From Candidatus Poribacteria bacterium (GTDB taxonomy: Bacteria > Poribacteria > WGA-4E > PCPOR2b): DNA of 64,000 bases. This document shows, in pieces, positions 10,209 to 20,815 of this stretch. Positions within the stretch are counted from its first letter, which is position 1. Every line of letters begins with the position of its first letter. The translations under genes and the position numbers were made by a program. The stretch is from NCBI GenBank assembly GCA_965116925.1, contig OZ220744.1, forward strand, positions 2,944,001 to 3,008,000, written 5' to 3'. The notes under the pieces were generated by a model that was given only the letters and a program-made list of their open reading frames with translations, was not told the DNA's origin and did no database searches.

Positions 10209-10276
10209 CAGCAAATACACGTGGGCTTTATCCGAGTGATACTCGACTTAACCTGATAACATAAGGAAAATCGACA

Positions 10277-10729
10277 GTGCAAATTAAAGGTGATTACACA
10301 ATTTCTGCCCCGCGTGAAAGGGTCTGGGAATATTTCACGACTCCTGAACTTTTGCAGCAATGTATCCCCGGCTGCGAAGAGTTGAAACCGCTTGGCGATG
10401 ATAGTTTCGAGGCAACAATCAAGGTAGGTGTTGCGATGATTAAGGGAGTCTATAAAGGCTCGGTCAAGATCGAAAATAAACAGCCACCTGCAGCCTATCG
10501 CTTAGGCGTTCAGGGCGAAAGCAAGATTGGATTTGTCAACGGAGCGTGTGATTTTACACTAGCAGAAGCAGAGGAAAATCAAACAGCGGTTAGCTTAACT
10601 GGAGAATTAACAGTTGGCGGAAGACTCGCCCGTGTGGGGCAGCGGGTTATGGGTAGTGCTTCCAAGATGATGATCGGCAAATTCTTCAACGAAGTTGAGC
10701 AGTTGGCAAAATCTGAAGCAGGCATTTAA
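10277..10729 (+). CDS. SRPBCC/CoxG family protein
   Basis: APRERVWE, PELLQQCIPGCE and GGRLARVGQR motifs. Confidence 0.88.
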   Translation: MQIKGDYTISAPRERVWEYFTTPELLQQCIPGCEELKPLGDDSFEATIKVGVAMIKGVYKGSVKIENKQPPAAYRLGVQGESKIGFVNGACDFTLAEAEENQTAVSLTGELTVGGRLARVGQRVMGSASKMMIGKFFNEVEQLAKSEAGI

Positions 10730-12129
10730 GGGATTTGATGGATGTAGATGTCAGCGTCCTTGCCCCGGTAATCACTCCAAACGATAAACGCACCGCCTCT
10801 GCCGTTGGCGATTGCACGCGGCGCAATCTGATCTCCATCAGCCGTACATACAGCCACCCCATTGAATGTCCAGATAGATTTACCACTCCCATCAATCCGT
10901 TGAGCATAGATCGCATCTGCAGTAACGTTCCCGTAATCTTCGCGAAAATCTTTCCAGTAGATAATCGCGCCTTGTGAGCCATCGGAAACGAGATGCGGTT
11001 CACGTTGTACACCTGCTGCCACACAGATGGGGATCCCGTTATCCTGCCATATTGGCATTCCGTCCGTGTTAATTCGCTGTGCATAAATATCGGCGAAAAT
11101 ATCACGGTCATCCCACCAAGTAACAATTAACCCACCCTTATCATCGCTGATTCCCTTGGGCTGCTGTTGATTCGACGGGTCATTACAGAAATTGATGCCA
11201 TCCTTTTCCCAGAGTGCCTTTCCATTTGCATCAATTCGTTGGGCGTAAAGGTCTGCGCTGCTGAAAATATTCGGATCGTTGCGATAATCTGACCAGACAA
11301 CAAACGCTCCTCCCGAACCATCGGCGACAACAAACGGACCGCCCTGATTGCCGGGGGCTGTGCATACCGGAACCCCGCCATCTCCCCAAATCTGCTCACC
11401 TGTAGCCCCCATCCGCTGTGCGTAGACATTCCAATCCGGCGTACTAATGTCCCACCATGCGATGATTGTACCCCCAGCAGCGTCCGTCGTCAAGAACGGA
11501 TCGTACTGATCGCCCTCGCCTTTATAGACAGGTACACCGTTGAGTTCCCAGACAGATTTTCCATCGCCATCAATCCGCTGGGCATAGATATCCAAATTGC
11601 CGTGCCGGGAATCTTCCCACACAACTATCGCCCCACCTTGACCGTCCGAAATGGCTTTGACATCTTCTTTCAGGAATGGTACGATGCTCACAGGAACTCC
11701 ATCTTCACCCCAGAGCAACTTCCCGTTTGCATCAATTCGTTGGGCGTAGATATCCCGGTTCCGGTGGCGAGAATCCCCAAAAACAAGGATTGCGCCTTCT
11801 CCTGCGTCGGGAACAAGGAGAGGCCAACTCTGTGCGTTGGGCTGTACGCAGATCGGAATACCATCGTTTTCCCATAACATCTCGCCGCTTGCACTGATCC
11901 GTTGTGCGAACACATCCCGATTGCCATTCCTCACATCGCGCCACGCAACAATAACGCCGCCGTGGTTATCAGAAATTATGTCGGGGAAATGCTGATCCTC
12001 CGCTGCGGTGCAGATTGGCAGATTTTGACTAGTATCCGTTATCCATTCGGCAGGGAGAGACTGAAGGCACACCACCACAAGGAGAAAAGAGAAAACGAGC
12101 AGACGGCACCTCCCTTCCCATTCTTTCAT
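10726..12129 (-). CDS. Secreted beta-propeller repeat protein (about 8 repeats of about 53 aa)
   Basis: Signal peptide; repeats of P(I/V)C...Q..P...SDGxGGxIVxWxDxR...DIYAQRI. Confidence 0.8.
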   Translation of the reverse strand: MKEWEGRCRLLVFSFLLVVVCLQSLPAEWITDTSQNLPICTAAEDQHFPDIISDNHGGVIVAWRDVRNGNRDVFAQRISASGEMLWENDGIPICVQPNAQSWPLLVPDAGEGAILVFGDSRHRNRDIYAQRIDANGKLLWGEDGVPVSIVPFLKEDVKAISDGQGGAIVVWEDSRHGNLDIYAQRIDGDGKSVWELNGVPVYKGEGDQYDPFLTTDAAGGTIIAWWDISTPDWNVYAQRMGATGEQIWGDGGVPVCTAPGNQGGPFVVADGSGGAFVVWSDYRNDPNIFSSADLYAQRIDANGKALWEKDGINFCNDPSNQQQPKGISDDKGGLIVTWWDDRDIFADIYAQRINTDGMPIWQDNGIPICVAAGVQREPHLVSDGSQGAIIYWKDFREDYGNVTADAIYAQRIDGSGKSIWTFNGVAVCTADGDQIAPRAIANGRGGAFIVWSDYRGKDADIYIHQIP

Positions 12130-12332
12130 TCTTTCTTTCCTTCCCATTATGAGGAGAGCGTGTAAATCCAAGCGGTTTCCCTTTAGTATTTACACATAAT
12201 GATTGGTGGTTGTAAACCGCTATGAGTATGGAGACTGCTGTCGAAACGTGGAGAGGTAGGAGCAAAGAGTATGAGAGCAAGTTTTTCTCTCATCTTCGCT
12301 ATCATGGTTGGATACTTAGAGGGTATACACGC

Positions 12333-13301
12333 TTAGTTTATAGGATCATCAAGGATAATATAGTATTGGGGATTCTGCCATTTATCGTTGGCGCGGACAC
12401 CATAGTGCAAATGAGTACCTGTGCTTCTGCCGCTATTCCCCACATAACCAATAATGTCATAGCGCTTGACCTGTTGTCCAACTTGGAGACCGTCAGCGTG
12501 ATTTCTTAGGTGTCCATATAAAGTTTTCATCTGTGAGGCTTTGTGCTCAATCTGAACCATATTACCAAAAAATGGATCTTTCGCGATTTGCTCTATAACA
12601 CCATTAGCAGTAGCAATCACAGGTGTCCCCCCAGACGTTGCGATATCCAATCCGTTATGAAATTGAAGCTTCCCTGTCAACGGATGTGGGCGGTGCCCGA
12701 AGTCAGAAGAGAACCAATAGCCTGGACTGTCGTCCTCAGGCGACACCAGAATTGGTAGAATCCAAGGTGTTTCATAGTGTTGGTCAGCATCCGCTACTAC
12801 GCGATCATAGATCGGTATAAGTTCCCTTTTTACTTGTGTAATTTGATCGACTAGGGCACCTTTTGCGAACTCTGTATGGGTGGGTGTTGGAGCAGGTTGC
12901 GGCTCTAGAATTGGATTCGTTAATTCATCATCGTTCACCTCTTCGGTGCTGGCACCGCCGCCCCCTCGACCAAGAACACCGGGGCCCGAATCAATACCTA
13001 AATACCTGCGTATCGTTTTGTTCATTTTACGGACATTTTGAAGTTCTTCTTGAATCGCTTGGTGTTCTTGTTTATACTCTCTAACTGCGTTTTCAAGCTC
13101 CTCTCTACTTGCAACTTCACCCTGTAACTCAGCCCTATAACGGATACCGTGTTTTACCCCTGAAACAGCAAAATTGATCGTCAAAGAAAACACCAGTAAG
13201 AAAAAAAGTCCTAGGGATAACGCAAGCCAGCGATTAATCGAGAATTGTCGTACTGAATCTTGATTAGATGACATGAGTAGAATCGTATACGCGTTTTTCA
13301 A
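12333..13301 (-). CDS. M23 family metallopeptidase (membrane-anchored, coiled-coil)
   Basis: TM helix, coiled coil, FHNGLDI, TLYGHL and GNSGRSTGTHLHY. Confidence 0.93.
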   Translation of the reverse strand: MKNAYTILLMSSNQDSVRQFSINRWLALSLGLFFLLVFSLTINFAVSGVKHGIRYRAELQGEVASREELENAVREYKQEHQAIQEELQNVRKMNKTIRRYLGIDSGPGVLGRGGGGASTEEVNDDELTNPILEPQPAPTPTHTEFAKGALVDQITQVKRELIPIYDRVVADADQHYETPWILPILVSPEDDSPGYWFSSDFGHRPHPLTGKLQFHNGLDIATSGGTPVIATANGVIEQIAKDPFFGNMVQIEHKASQMKTLYGHLRNHADGLQVGQQVKRYDIIGYVGNSGRSTGTHLHYGVRANDKWQNPQYYIILDDPIN

Positions 13302-13353
13302 TGAACCCTCCCTTTATATTATATGGAATTTGAAGTATGATTGCATTATTATG

Positions 13354-13470
13354 ATGAAGTTTAAGTATTTAAATCGGTAATCCCTATTTTCCTCGAAACA
13401 CACGGTAGGCGCGGTTTTCAACCGCGCCGGCGTCGATAGCAAATTACCGAATTATTTTTTTAATTTTCAT
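13354..13470. mobile_element. 117-bp MITE-like element, family A, with internal GTAG-REP hairpin
   Basis: Ends ATGAAGTTTAAGTATTTAAATCGGTAAT and ATTACCGAATTATTTTTTTAATTTTCAT form imperfect inverted repeats; core GTAGGCGCGGTT-TTC-AACCGCGCC; second near-identical 117-bp copy at 57543-57659. Confidence 0.8.
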
Positions 13471-13742
13471 GTGAATAATGATAGTATAGCACAGATATCA
13501 AAGTAACGCAAGCGTATTGTTTATGTTTCTGCACCTTATTTTATTAACTTTATTAAGTAGTGCCTCGGATTTTATTATGCCCTTGCATCGGGATAAAATA
13601 ATCTGGGCTCATAAATGTGACCGGAAGTTACTATCCGGGCGATATATTAACGAAACTTATACAGAAAGCGTTTCATAATTTTCACCCTAATTATAGAATA
13701 TCAATAGCTGAAGTCATTCTGCCTTCGTTTTCAATTCAATTT

Positions 13743-16148
13743 TTATTGACGTAGCGTTCTGAGTTGCCCGCGAATATCTACCTGTACCTTCCAATCTTCC
13801 CAACGCGGTAGCATCCACGGACTGAGTTGTGGCTGCCGGACGCCTCCCGCCCACTTCAGCGTGACTCGCTGTTCTTGAGGCTCATATTGAACTCCAAATT
13901 TCGCACCATTCATTGAGAATGTTTGTGGATAACTTTCATTGATTTTCGCAAACGTTCCCTCGTTAATTAGCGTAAATACAAAATCATCTGGCGATAACAG
14001 CAGCCAATCCTGTGCAGCTTCAACACCTAAGTTGGTGAGATGTGAGACCAACCACCTATGAGGCTCCACTCTAGCAGCGTCTCCTTTTATTGCTAGGTGA
14101 AGATTGTAAGCGTTGATGCGCTCAATCAGATATTCTCCTACCTCTGGAAATAAACGTCCAGAGAGGAGAAAAGTCGCAATCGCCTCTCTGAGCAGTGTGC
14201 CGGTCAGTAATTGACGCTCCTTGCCAATCTCTCGACCAGCGTATACAAAGCGCACCTGCCCGATGATTTCATTTTTAACTAAGGTTGGGGCCTCCAAGTG
14301 AGACCTCCCTAGCCCGGCCTCCTGCAAATCTGCAAAGGTACAAGGGAGAGCAGTCCGTCCCAAGAGTTGAACGCGAGTGCCTTTCGCAAGCCCTTCCTTT
14401 TCGAGAATAAGTGCCGCGTCGGTCTCTGGACGAATCAGTGAATTGGAATCTAGTAGCACTTCATCTCGACCATTTCCCCACGCCTCTCCTTTGCGCCGCC
14501 TCACATAGGCATAGTCTGGCGATTCTTGCAAAAGGTAACGCATGAGTCCAAGTCGATCCGGTTGAATAGGTTCCCGATCTTCACCCAAGGGTGGTGCACC
14601 AAACAGCGAACGAAGTTGGGAGGCAATTCGGCGGCATTCCGCGATAGCTGCGCTATGGAGATGGTGACGTTTTGGGTTGCCCCGCCGTAAAGTCAGAATC
14701 AGTGCTGTGGCATCGCAATGATTACGCATCAAATCTTTGCGCCGTGCCTCGGAGATAACATGAATACCTTCAGGGGAAAGTCGGTCCAATTTCCGCCACA
14801 ACGGCGCAGGACGTTCCAGCGTCGCAATCAGGTCAATCAGATCTCGACGGAGGGCAGCAGGGACCTTAATCAGTAACCGCGCATAAGAAACATCAACAGG
14901 AAGCACGGATAGCCTTCGCCCAAAATTGCTCAAAGTTCCTGTCTGAGAAAGAATACCCCATTTCGCCAGCTGTTCTTGAGCGCGTTCAACGGCAAAAGCC
15001 GGTGGTGCATCAAGAAATTCCAAGTCCTGTGGGCGAAATCCAGTTGCGGAAACTGCGAGCACAAATTGCGCTAGGTCTTCTCGCACGATTTCGGGTGGTG
15101 TTTCCCTTTCAAGTTGCCCCTGTTCTTCCCATAACCGGTAGCACACACCCGGCATGAGTCTCCCTGCCCGTCCGCGTCGCTGTTCGGCGGAAGCCTGCGA
15201 TATAGGACACAATGCTAGCACAACCCGCTGTGCTTGATGAATGCGCTGACGCACCAATCCTGTGTCTACAACTGCTGTTACGCCCGGCAATGTGATGGAG
15301 GTTTCAGCAACATTTGTTGACAGAATCACACGGCGGCGGGTCGTCTCCTCAAAAACCTTATCCTGTTCCACTGTCGGCAGATCGCCGTGTAGTGCCAAAA
15401 TTTCGACTTTTTTGAGATGACGCAAACCATCAAGACATGCAGAAATTTCCCCTTTTCCCGGTAGGAAAACCAGTATGTTCCCATCTGTTTCCCTCAACGC
15501 TCGACGGACTCCCCGTTCTACACGATCCTCCAACCGCCATACTGTCGGAACAGTGACATCGCCAAGATAGCGCAAATCAACCGGATAGGCTTTGCCCTCC
15601 GCGGACAACGATTTTCCGCCGACAAATCGAACAAACTTCTGGGCATCTATCGTCGCGGACATCAGGACGAGCCGGGCATTGGGGTGTTTTTTCCGGCAAA
15701 TCGCTAGAAAGAGATCCGATTCCAGGCCACGCTCATGGAACTCATCAAGTATGATTGTCCCATATTTATCAAGTTCTCCATCCGCCGCATAGCGCAAGGC
15801 AACACCCGGTGTAACAAATCGGATCTGTGTTATCTCAGAGCCTACATCCTCAAACCGCACCGTGTAACCCACTGAAGCTCCTAACGGTTCTCCCCGGAGT
15901 TTCGACAGCCAGCGGGCGAGTGAGCGGCAGGCAACCCGCCGCGGTTCCAAGACTAAGACTGGGCGATCCGACAATTCCGCGCACCAGAGTGGGACCATTG
16001 TGGACTTCCCGCTACCGGTAGGTGCTGTAATGATGAGCGGTTGAGTTGCAAAGGCACTTTGAAACACTGGACGCAATGACGCAATCGGTAGTTCTGTGTT
16101 GTCCAATGGTCTTATATGTTGTGTATTATCTGACACACAATCCATCAA
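13743..16148 (-). CDS. hrpB: ATP-dependent DEAH-box RNA helicase, HrpB-like
   Basis: APTGSGKST, EPRRVAC, DEFHER, MSAT, STNVAETSITL and QRRGRAGR. Confidence 0.88.
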   Translation of the reverse strand: MMDCVSDNTQHIRPLDNTELPIASLRPVFQSAFATQPLIITAPTGSGKSTMVPLWCAELSDRPVLVLEPRRVACRSLARWLSKLRGEPLGASVGYTVRFEDVGSEITQIRFVTPGVALRYAADGELDKYGTIILDEFHERGLESDLFLAICRKKHPNARLVLMSATIDAQKFVRFVGGKSLSAEGKAYPVDLRYLGDVTVPTVWRLEDRVERGVRRALRETDGNILVFLPGKGEISACLDGLRHLKKVEILALHGDLPTVEQDKVFEETTRRRVILSTNVAETSITLPGVTAVVDTGLVRQRIHQAQRVVLALCPISQASAEQRRGRAGRLMPGVCYRLWEEQGQLERETPPEIVREDLAQFVLAVSATGFRPQDLEFLDAPPAFAVERAQEQLAKWGILSQTGTLSNFGRRLSVLPVDVSYARLLIKVPAALRRDLIDLIATLERPAPLWRKLDRLSPEGIHVISEARRKDLMRNHCDATALILTLRRGNPKRHHLHSAAIAECRRIASQLRSLFGAPPLGEDREPIQPDRLGLMRYLLQESPDYAYVRRRKGEAWGNGRDEVLLDSNSLIRPETDAALILEKEGLAKGTRVQLLGRTALPCTFADLQEAGLGRSHLEAPTLVKNEIIGQVRFVYAGREIGKERQLLTGTLLREAIATFLLSGRLFPEVGEYLIERINAYNLHLAIKGDAARVEPHRWLVSHLTNLGVEAAQDWLLLSPDDFVFTLINEGTFAKINESYPQTFSMNGAKFGVQYEPQEQRVTLKWAGGVRQPQLSPWMLPRWEDWKVQVDIRGQLRTLRQ

Positions 16149-16237
16149 TTTATCGACTCACTTTTTTTAAAGACAAGCTATTATCGTACAATTACAGTTT
16201 GCCTGTCAAGGACACACGATTCCCACAATCAGTAATT

Positions 16238-16441
16238 AGGGCTATTTAGTTTTCCATTTTTTGAGCGATTTCGGGGTGACATGAATCCGCAGGCGGCGCA
16301 GCCGGTCTCCCCACCGTTTGTAGTAGCGCAATTCATTGCGCGTTCTTGTGCCAACTGTCGATAGCATCTTTTATCCGTATAATCTGTTAATCCGCGTCTA
16401 TCCGTGATTCAGACAATAATATGGGAGAATTAAATGACCCT
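16238..16441. mobile_element. 204-bp MITE-like insertion with an 11-bp target-site duplication
   Basis: Direct repeat AATCAGTAATT at 16227-16237 and 16442-16452; imperfect TIRs AGGGCTATTTAGTT / AATTAAATGACCCT; internal REP hairpin at 16320-16342. Confidence 0.75.
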
Positions 16442-16450
16442 AATCAGTAA

Positions 16451-16479
16451 TTGACATATCTGCCTATTTGTTGTATCAT
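16451..16479 (+). promoter_or_regulatory. Sigma-70-type promoter for the NUDIX/aminotransferase genes
   Basis: TTGACA-N17-TATCAT. Confidence 0.6.
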
Positions 16480-16602
16480 TAGCCTATTGTCACTAGGTTT
16501 CATATCTTATCTTTTCGTCCGACGGACTGCTCGGAGTCGTGCTAAACCGTGACCGCTTCCAAAACAGATACTTCTCAGGTGACCAATCAAACAAAATCAG
16601 GG

Positions 16603-17085
16603 ATGCAATTCTGCCCAAAATGTGCAAGCGCTCTTGAAGAGCGAATCCTTGAAGGAAGGGCACGTCAGGCATGCACGACCTGTGATTTCGTTTTCTATCG
16701 CGATCCAAAGCCTGTCGCCGGCGTCCTCGCATTCGAGGACGAAAAACTATTGCTGATACAGCGAGGGAATGAACCGAAATTGGGGCTATGGAGTTTCCCA
16801 ACAGGATATGTCGATATTGGCGATACGCCAGCAGAGACCGCTGTGCGAGAAGCGAAAGAGGAAGCAGATGTTGATGTCGAATTGGATAGGCTGCTAGGGG
16901 TTTACTCCAACGATAACCGGACGGTTGTTCTTATCATTTATGTTGGACGAGTCATCGCAGGAACGCCGGTGGGTCGTGCAGAAGCATTAGATGCACGCCT
17001 CTTTGCCCTCGATGCGCTGCCCGAATTGGCATTTAATCACGACTATCATATTTTAGAAGATCTTCATCGTTCAAATACAGATTGA
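16603..17085 (+). CDS. NUDIX hydrolase with N-terminal zinc ribbon
   Basis: FCPKC...CTTC; Nudix box GYVDIGDTPAETAVREAKEEAD. An alternative GTG start exists at 16549. Confidence 0.9.
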   Translation: MQFCPKCASALEERILEGRARQACTTCDFVFYRDPKPVAGVLAFEDEKLLLIQRGNEPKLGLWSFPTGYVDIGDTPAETAVREAKEEADVDVELDRLLGVYSNDNRTVVLIIYVGRVIAGTPVGRAEALDARLFALDALPELAFNHDYHILEDLHRSNTD

Positions 17086-17158
17086 CAAAAGACAGGGATT
17101 CCTATCAACAAAAGAGTATAGGGATCCTCGCCTTCTACTCAGCACAAGGAGAAAAACG

Positions 17159-18523
17159 ATGTCAACCAATACAATCCTAGAAAAATACCAGAAAACTTTT
17201 TCAAAAAACAGAGAATTCGCTCAACAAGCTGACCATATTTTCCCCGATGGTGTGACGCACGATAACCGGCATACTGAACCATTTCCAATTTATATTAAGA
17301 GCGCACAGGGATCAAAAAAGTGGAGTATTGACGAGATTGAATTAATTGATTACTGGTCGGGACACGGAGCTTTGCTACTCGGTCACAGTCCACCTGAAAT
17401 TGTTGAAGCTGTCACGCAGCAAATGCCCCTCGGAACACATTATGGTGCCTGCCATACACTTGAGGTAGAGTGGGGTAGTCTCGTGAAGGAGCTGATTCCT
17501 TCTGCGGAACGGATACGATTCGTCAATTCCGGCACGGAAGCGACCCTAATGGCAATTCGGCTGTCACGGATGTATACGGGCAAAAACAAATTCCTGAAAT
17601 TTGCAGGACACTTTCACGGGTGGCACGATTCCGTTATTTTAGGCGTGAATCCACCGTTTGAGACGCCTGTGCCCGGCATTCCAGAAAGCATCATTGACAC
17701 AACGGTTATCTGCCCGCCTAACGATATTGGCGCGGTTGAAAAGCAGCTAAAATCCGATCCGGACATCGCTTGTGTTATTTTAGAACCGACAGGCGGTGCA
17801 TTCGGCACCATCCCGACAAATGGTGAGTTTCTCCAACAGTTACGGCAGCTTACGCAGGATTACGGCGTTATTCTAATCTTCGACGAAGTAATCTCCGGCT
17901 TTCGGGTCTCTCCGGGCGGTGCCCAGGGCTATTATAACATCACGCCTGACATGACAACGCTCGCTAAAATCTTGGCAGGTGGTCTGCCGGGTGGAGCGGT
18001 CGCTGGAAAAGAGGAGTTATTGGATCTCATCTCGATCAAAGCTTCAAAATCAAATTCACGCGGGCAAAGGATGCCACATCCCGGAACCTTTAACGCCAAT
18101 CCGCTGTCCGCTGCCGCTGGAATTGCAATGCTAAAACAGGTCAGGACAGCTATTCCACATGAAAAGGTCAACCGTAGTGCAAAAATGTTGCGGGAAGGAC
18201 TGGTTGATGTGATTGATCAACACCAACTCGATTGGGCGGTCTACGGCGAGTTTTCTGGGGTGAAGTTTCTCATCGGGCACGGCGTTGATGGGCTGCGTGC
18301 CGTCGATTTCGACCCTTACAATTGGGAGCCTCGCCAACTGAAAGGTGGTAGCAACCCGCAACTCACAATGAACCTGCGCTGTGGAATGTTGCTGAACGGG
18401 ATCGACATCGCTGGAAATGGCGGGATGACGACGGCAGCGCATAGCGACGAAGATATACAGCAGACTATCGCGGCGTTTGACCAGACAATTGGATGGATGA
18501 AAGCGGACGGGCTTTTGGACTAA
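17159..18523 (+). CDS. Class III PLP aminotransferase (glutamate-1-semialdehyde aminomutase-like paralog)
   Basis: FVNSGTEAT, FHGWHD, LIFDEVISGFR, TLAKILAGG and GTFNANP; lacks the HemL GGVNSPVR motif. Confidence 0.88.
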   Translation: MSTNTILEKYQKTFSKNREFAQQADHIFPDGVTHDNRHTEPFPIYIKSAQGSKKWSIDEIELIDYWSGHGALLLGHSPPEIVEAVTQQMPLGTHYGACHTLEVEWGSLVKELIPSAERIRFVNSGTEATLMAIRLSRMYTGKNKFLKFAGHFHGWHDSVILGVNPPFETPVPGIPESIIDTTVICPPNDIGAVEKQLKSDPDIACVILEPTGGAFGTIPTNGEFLQQLRQLTQDYGVILIFDEVISGFRVSPGGAQGYYNITPDMTTLAKILAGGLPGGAVAGKEELLDLISIKASKSNSRGQRMPHPGTFNANPLSAAAGIAMLKQVRTAIPHEKVNRSAKMLREGLVDVIDQHQLDWAVYGEFSGVKFLIGHGVDGLRAVDFDPYNWEPRQLKGGSNPQLTMNLRCGMLLNGIDIAGNGGMTTAAHSDEDIQQTIAAFDQTIGWMKADGLLD

Positions 18524-18654
18524 ATTAATGGTCTAACGGGGTATGCGAAGGGAAAATCTCCTAATCCTCCTGTTCCGCGCCATCTCCTTAGGCCCCATCC
18601 GCTCATCAAGCTACCTTGATTCAAGGGGGATTCTTTATGGCTATCCACCCTCTT

Positions 18655-20631
18655 TCAACTTCTACCAGCACGTTTATCCACAATCTGAGCACCCTTCTTC
18701 AAGGTAGCTAACCAATTTCTGTAAATATCAGTTTGTTTGGCCTGCAGCAACGTTCTACGAATCTTGGCACGCTCTGCTGAATCATTCTCGAACTTTTCCA
18801 TATCCGGTTCTTCGCGCTCAACCAACTGGATGATATAAGCACCGTTCTCCCCTTGGAGCGCACCTGACACCTCGTTTAGCTCCATCCTAAAAGCAGCAAA
18901 CATGGCATCCCGGCACGTCCCTAGCCCTGAAATGAACCCACTGTTCGGTAAGAGGGCAAACAGGTTACTCTCCTTAACTTCCCGTTCTTTATTGGTAACC
19001 TCTTCGGGTGCCTCATATCTTTTCACCAAATCTTCCAGCGATTCATCGGGAGTACGAAGTGCTATCAGCTTCTGGGCATCCTCTAGAGCAAGCTGCTTTG
19101 CCTTCTCCCCTTTGATATCATCAATCACTTGTGCTTTAGCTGTTTCAAATTCGGGGACTGTGGCGTGCTTCTTTTCAAGGACTTTCACTACAAAATAAGC
19201 ATCAATATCCCCATTTTGTTTCCTATTTGTACTGATCGCACTGATATTCACCTCCATGTCGAAGGCCTGATCAATTACATCTTGATACGTCCACTTCCAT
19301 CCGATTTCGGGGATGTTATTATCAGCCGCTGTAAAGAATCCTGTATCCTGAACTGTAAGCGATAGATCTTGGTATCGGTCCAGTTGGATGGCCTCTTGAT
19401 AATCAAGAATCTCCACATCAAACAGGAGATTTTCCGCAACTGCCTTCGCCTGTTCGGCACCTACAATCTGAATCAGCTTATCACTGATTTTGCTTCTTGC
19501 CTCAGCAAAAGGCTTAATTTCTTCCGGTCGCTTCTCTTCCAGTTTGATGATGTGATAGCCAAATCTGGATTCGACGAGATCGCTGACCTCACTGGGGGCT
19601 AACTCGTCAAATGCTGCCTTCTCAAAGGGTTGCACCATGTCGCCGCGCGCAAAATAGTCTCCCTCTGGCAGGTCTGGATTTCTCCCGCGCAAGGCGCCTC
19701 CCTGTGGAGCCGAACCGACATCCTCAGAATGTGTCTTTGCAAGTTCAGCAAAATCCTCGCCCTCGGCAATCGCAGCTTTGATCGTTTCCAGCAATTTCTC
19801 CGCTTCTACTTTAACCTCCGCCTTTTGCTCATCAGTTGCATTATCTGGAAACTTTTTCAAGATATGACGCGCTTTTACCGCTTCCGGTGTCTTAAACTCC
19901 TGCGGATTCTCATTATAATAGGCTTGCAGGTCCTCGCCCGAAATGAAGTTTTCCGGATCAAGTTTGATGAATCTTAGATTGACTGCCTCCCCTTTTTCAT
20001 ATTTCTCCTTGTGCGCTTCAAAATAGGCTTGTGCCTCGGCATCATCGACTTTAGCGGCACTACTGTATCCGAAATGCTGGAATTGAATGTACTTGAGTTT
20101 GGCTTTGGTGTTCTGGAGGCGATATTCATTTTCCACTTCTGAATCCGTGACCAGTTCTAGTCCTTGAATCTGATTCAGCAAAACCTGATTAACCAAGAGT
20201 GAACGAACATATTCACGGAAATCATCTCCACTGCCACTCTGCTGAATTGTATTATAGTTAGATAGTAGGTTGTCATCATTACGAATATACTGTTCGACCT
20301 CCGCATTACTAATCTGGACGCTGCCAAGCAGTACCTGACGACTAATGAGCAGATCAAGAATCTGCTGTTCAATCGCCTCACGTTCAATCTGAGAGCGGTT
20401 TTGGCTCTGTTGCTGTTGCCGGGCCATTTCACCGGAAACAAGGTTTTCAAATTCGCGTTGTTGTATCTTGACACCATTAATCTCAAAAGCGACTGGGTTG
20501 TCTCTACCTCCACCCAACGCACCGCCCCCACCGACAATGTCAAAGAGCAGGAACGAACCGATAATAAAAACAATGCCAACAACGATTAAGAAAAGCTGTG
20601 CAATAAATTTCTCCCGAAGAAAAACAATCAT
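18655..20631 (-). CDS. PpiD/SurA-like periplasmic chaperone with parvulin PPIase domain
   Basis: N-terminal TM anchor; SurA-N-like region; ARHIL, FAELAKTHSED.GS...GG, MVQPFEKAAF and FGYHIIK. Confidence 0.88.
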   Translation of the reverse strand: MIVFLREKFIAQLFLIVVGIVFIIGSFLLFDIVGGGGALGGGRDNPVAFEINGVKIQQREFENLVSGEMARQQQQSQNRSQIEREAIEQQILDLLISRQVLLGSVQISNAEVEQYIRNDDNLLSNYNTIQQSGSGDDFREYVRSLLVNQVLLNQIQGLELVTDSEVENEYRLQNTKAKLKYIQFQHFGYSSAAKVDDAEAQAYFEAHKEKYEKGEAVNLRFIKLDPENFISGEDLQAYYNENPQEFKTPEAVKARHILKKFPDNATDEQKAEVKVEAEKLLETIKAAIAEGEDFAELAKTHSEDVGSAPQGGALRGRNPDLPEGDYFARGDMVQPFEKAAFDELAPSEVSDLVESRFGYHIIKLEEKRPEEIKPFAEARSKISDKLIQIVGAEQAKAVAENLLFDVEILDYQEAIQLDRYQDLSLTVQDTGFFTAADNNIPEIGWKWTYQDVIDQAFDMEVNISAISTNRKQNGDIDAYFVVKVLEKKHATVPEFETAKAQVIDDIKGEKAKQLALEDAQKLIALRTPDESLEDLVKRYEAPEEVTNKEREVKESNLFALLPNSGFISGLGTCRDAMFAAFRMELNEVSGALQGENGAYIIQLVEREEPDMEKFENDSAERAKIRRTLLQAKQTDIYRNWLATLKKGAQIVDKRAGRS

Positions 20632-20815
20632 GAAAATCTCTCCTGTGTATTATATATAGTCAATTCAACGTAACGGTTAGTATGATACTCGATCAATCTC
20701 AGTTTTGCAACTTGATTTTTTCTGAAGCTTATATCGTCTGTTTAACCTAAAAAGAAAAAGGGGTGGAAATGGCTATAGCACCATCCCTACCCCCTCATCC
20801 TCTCCAAATTTGTAA

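Noticed and set aside
10277..10729. Carbon monoxide dehydrogenase locus
   Set aside because: An isolated SRPBCC/CoxG gene without coxMSL.
13555..13700. Further mobile element between the M23 peptidase gene and hrpB
   Set aside because: Weak imperfect palindromes only; no second copy or TSD could be identified in the window.
13743..17085. Helicase plus NUDIX as an anti-phage defence pair
   Set aside because: The genes are divergent, both look like ordinary HrpB and zinc-ribbon NUDIX housekeeping families, and no nuclease or effector gene is adjacent.
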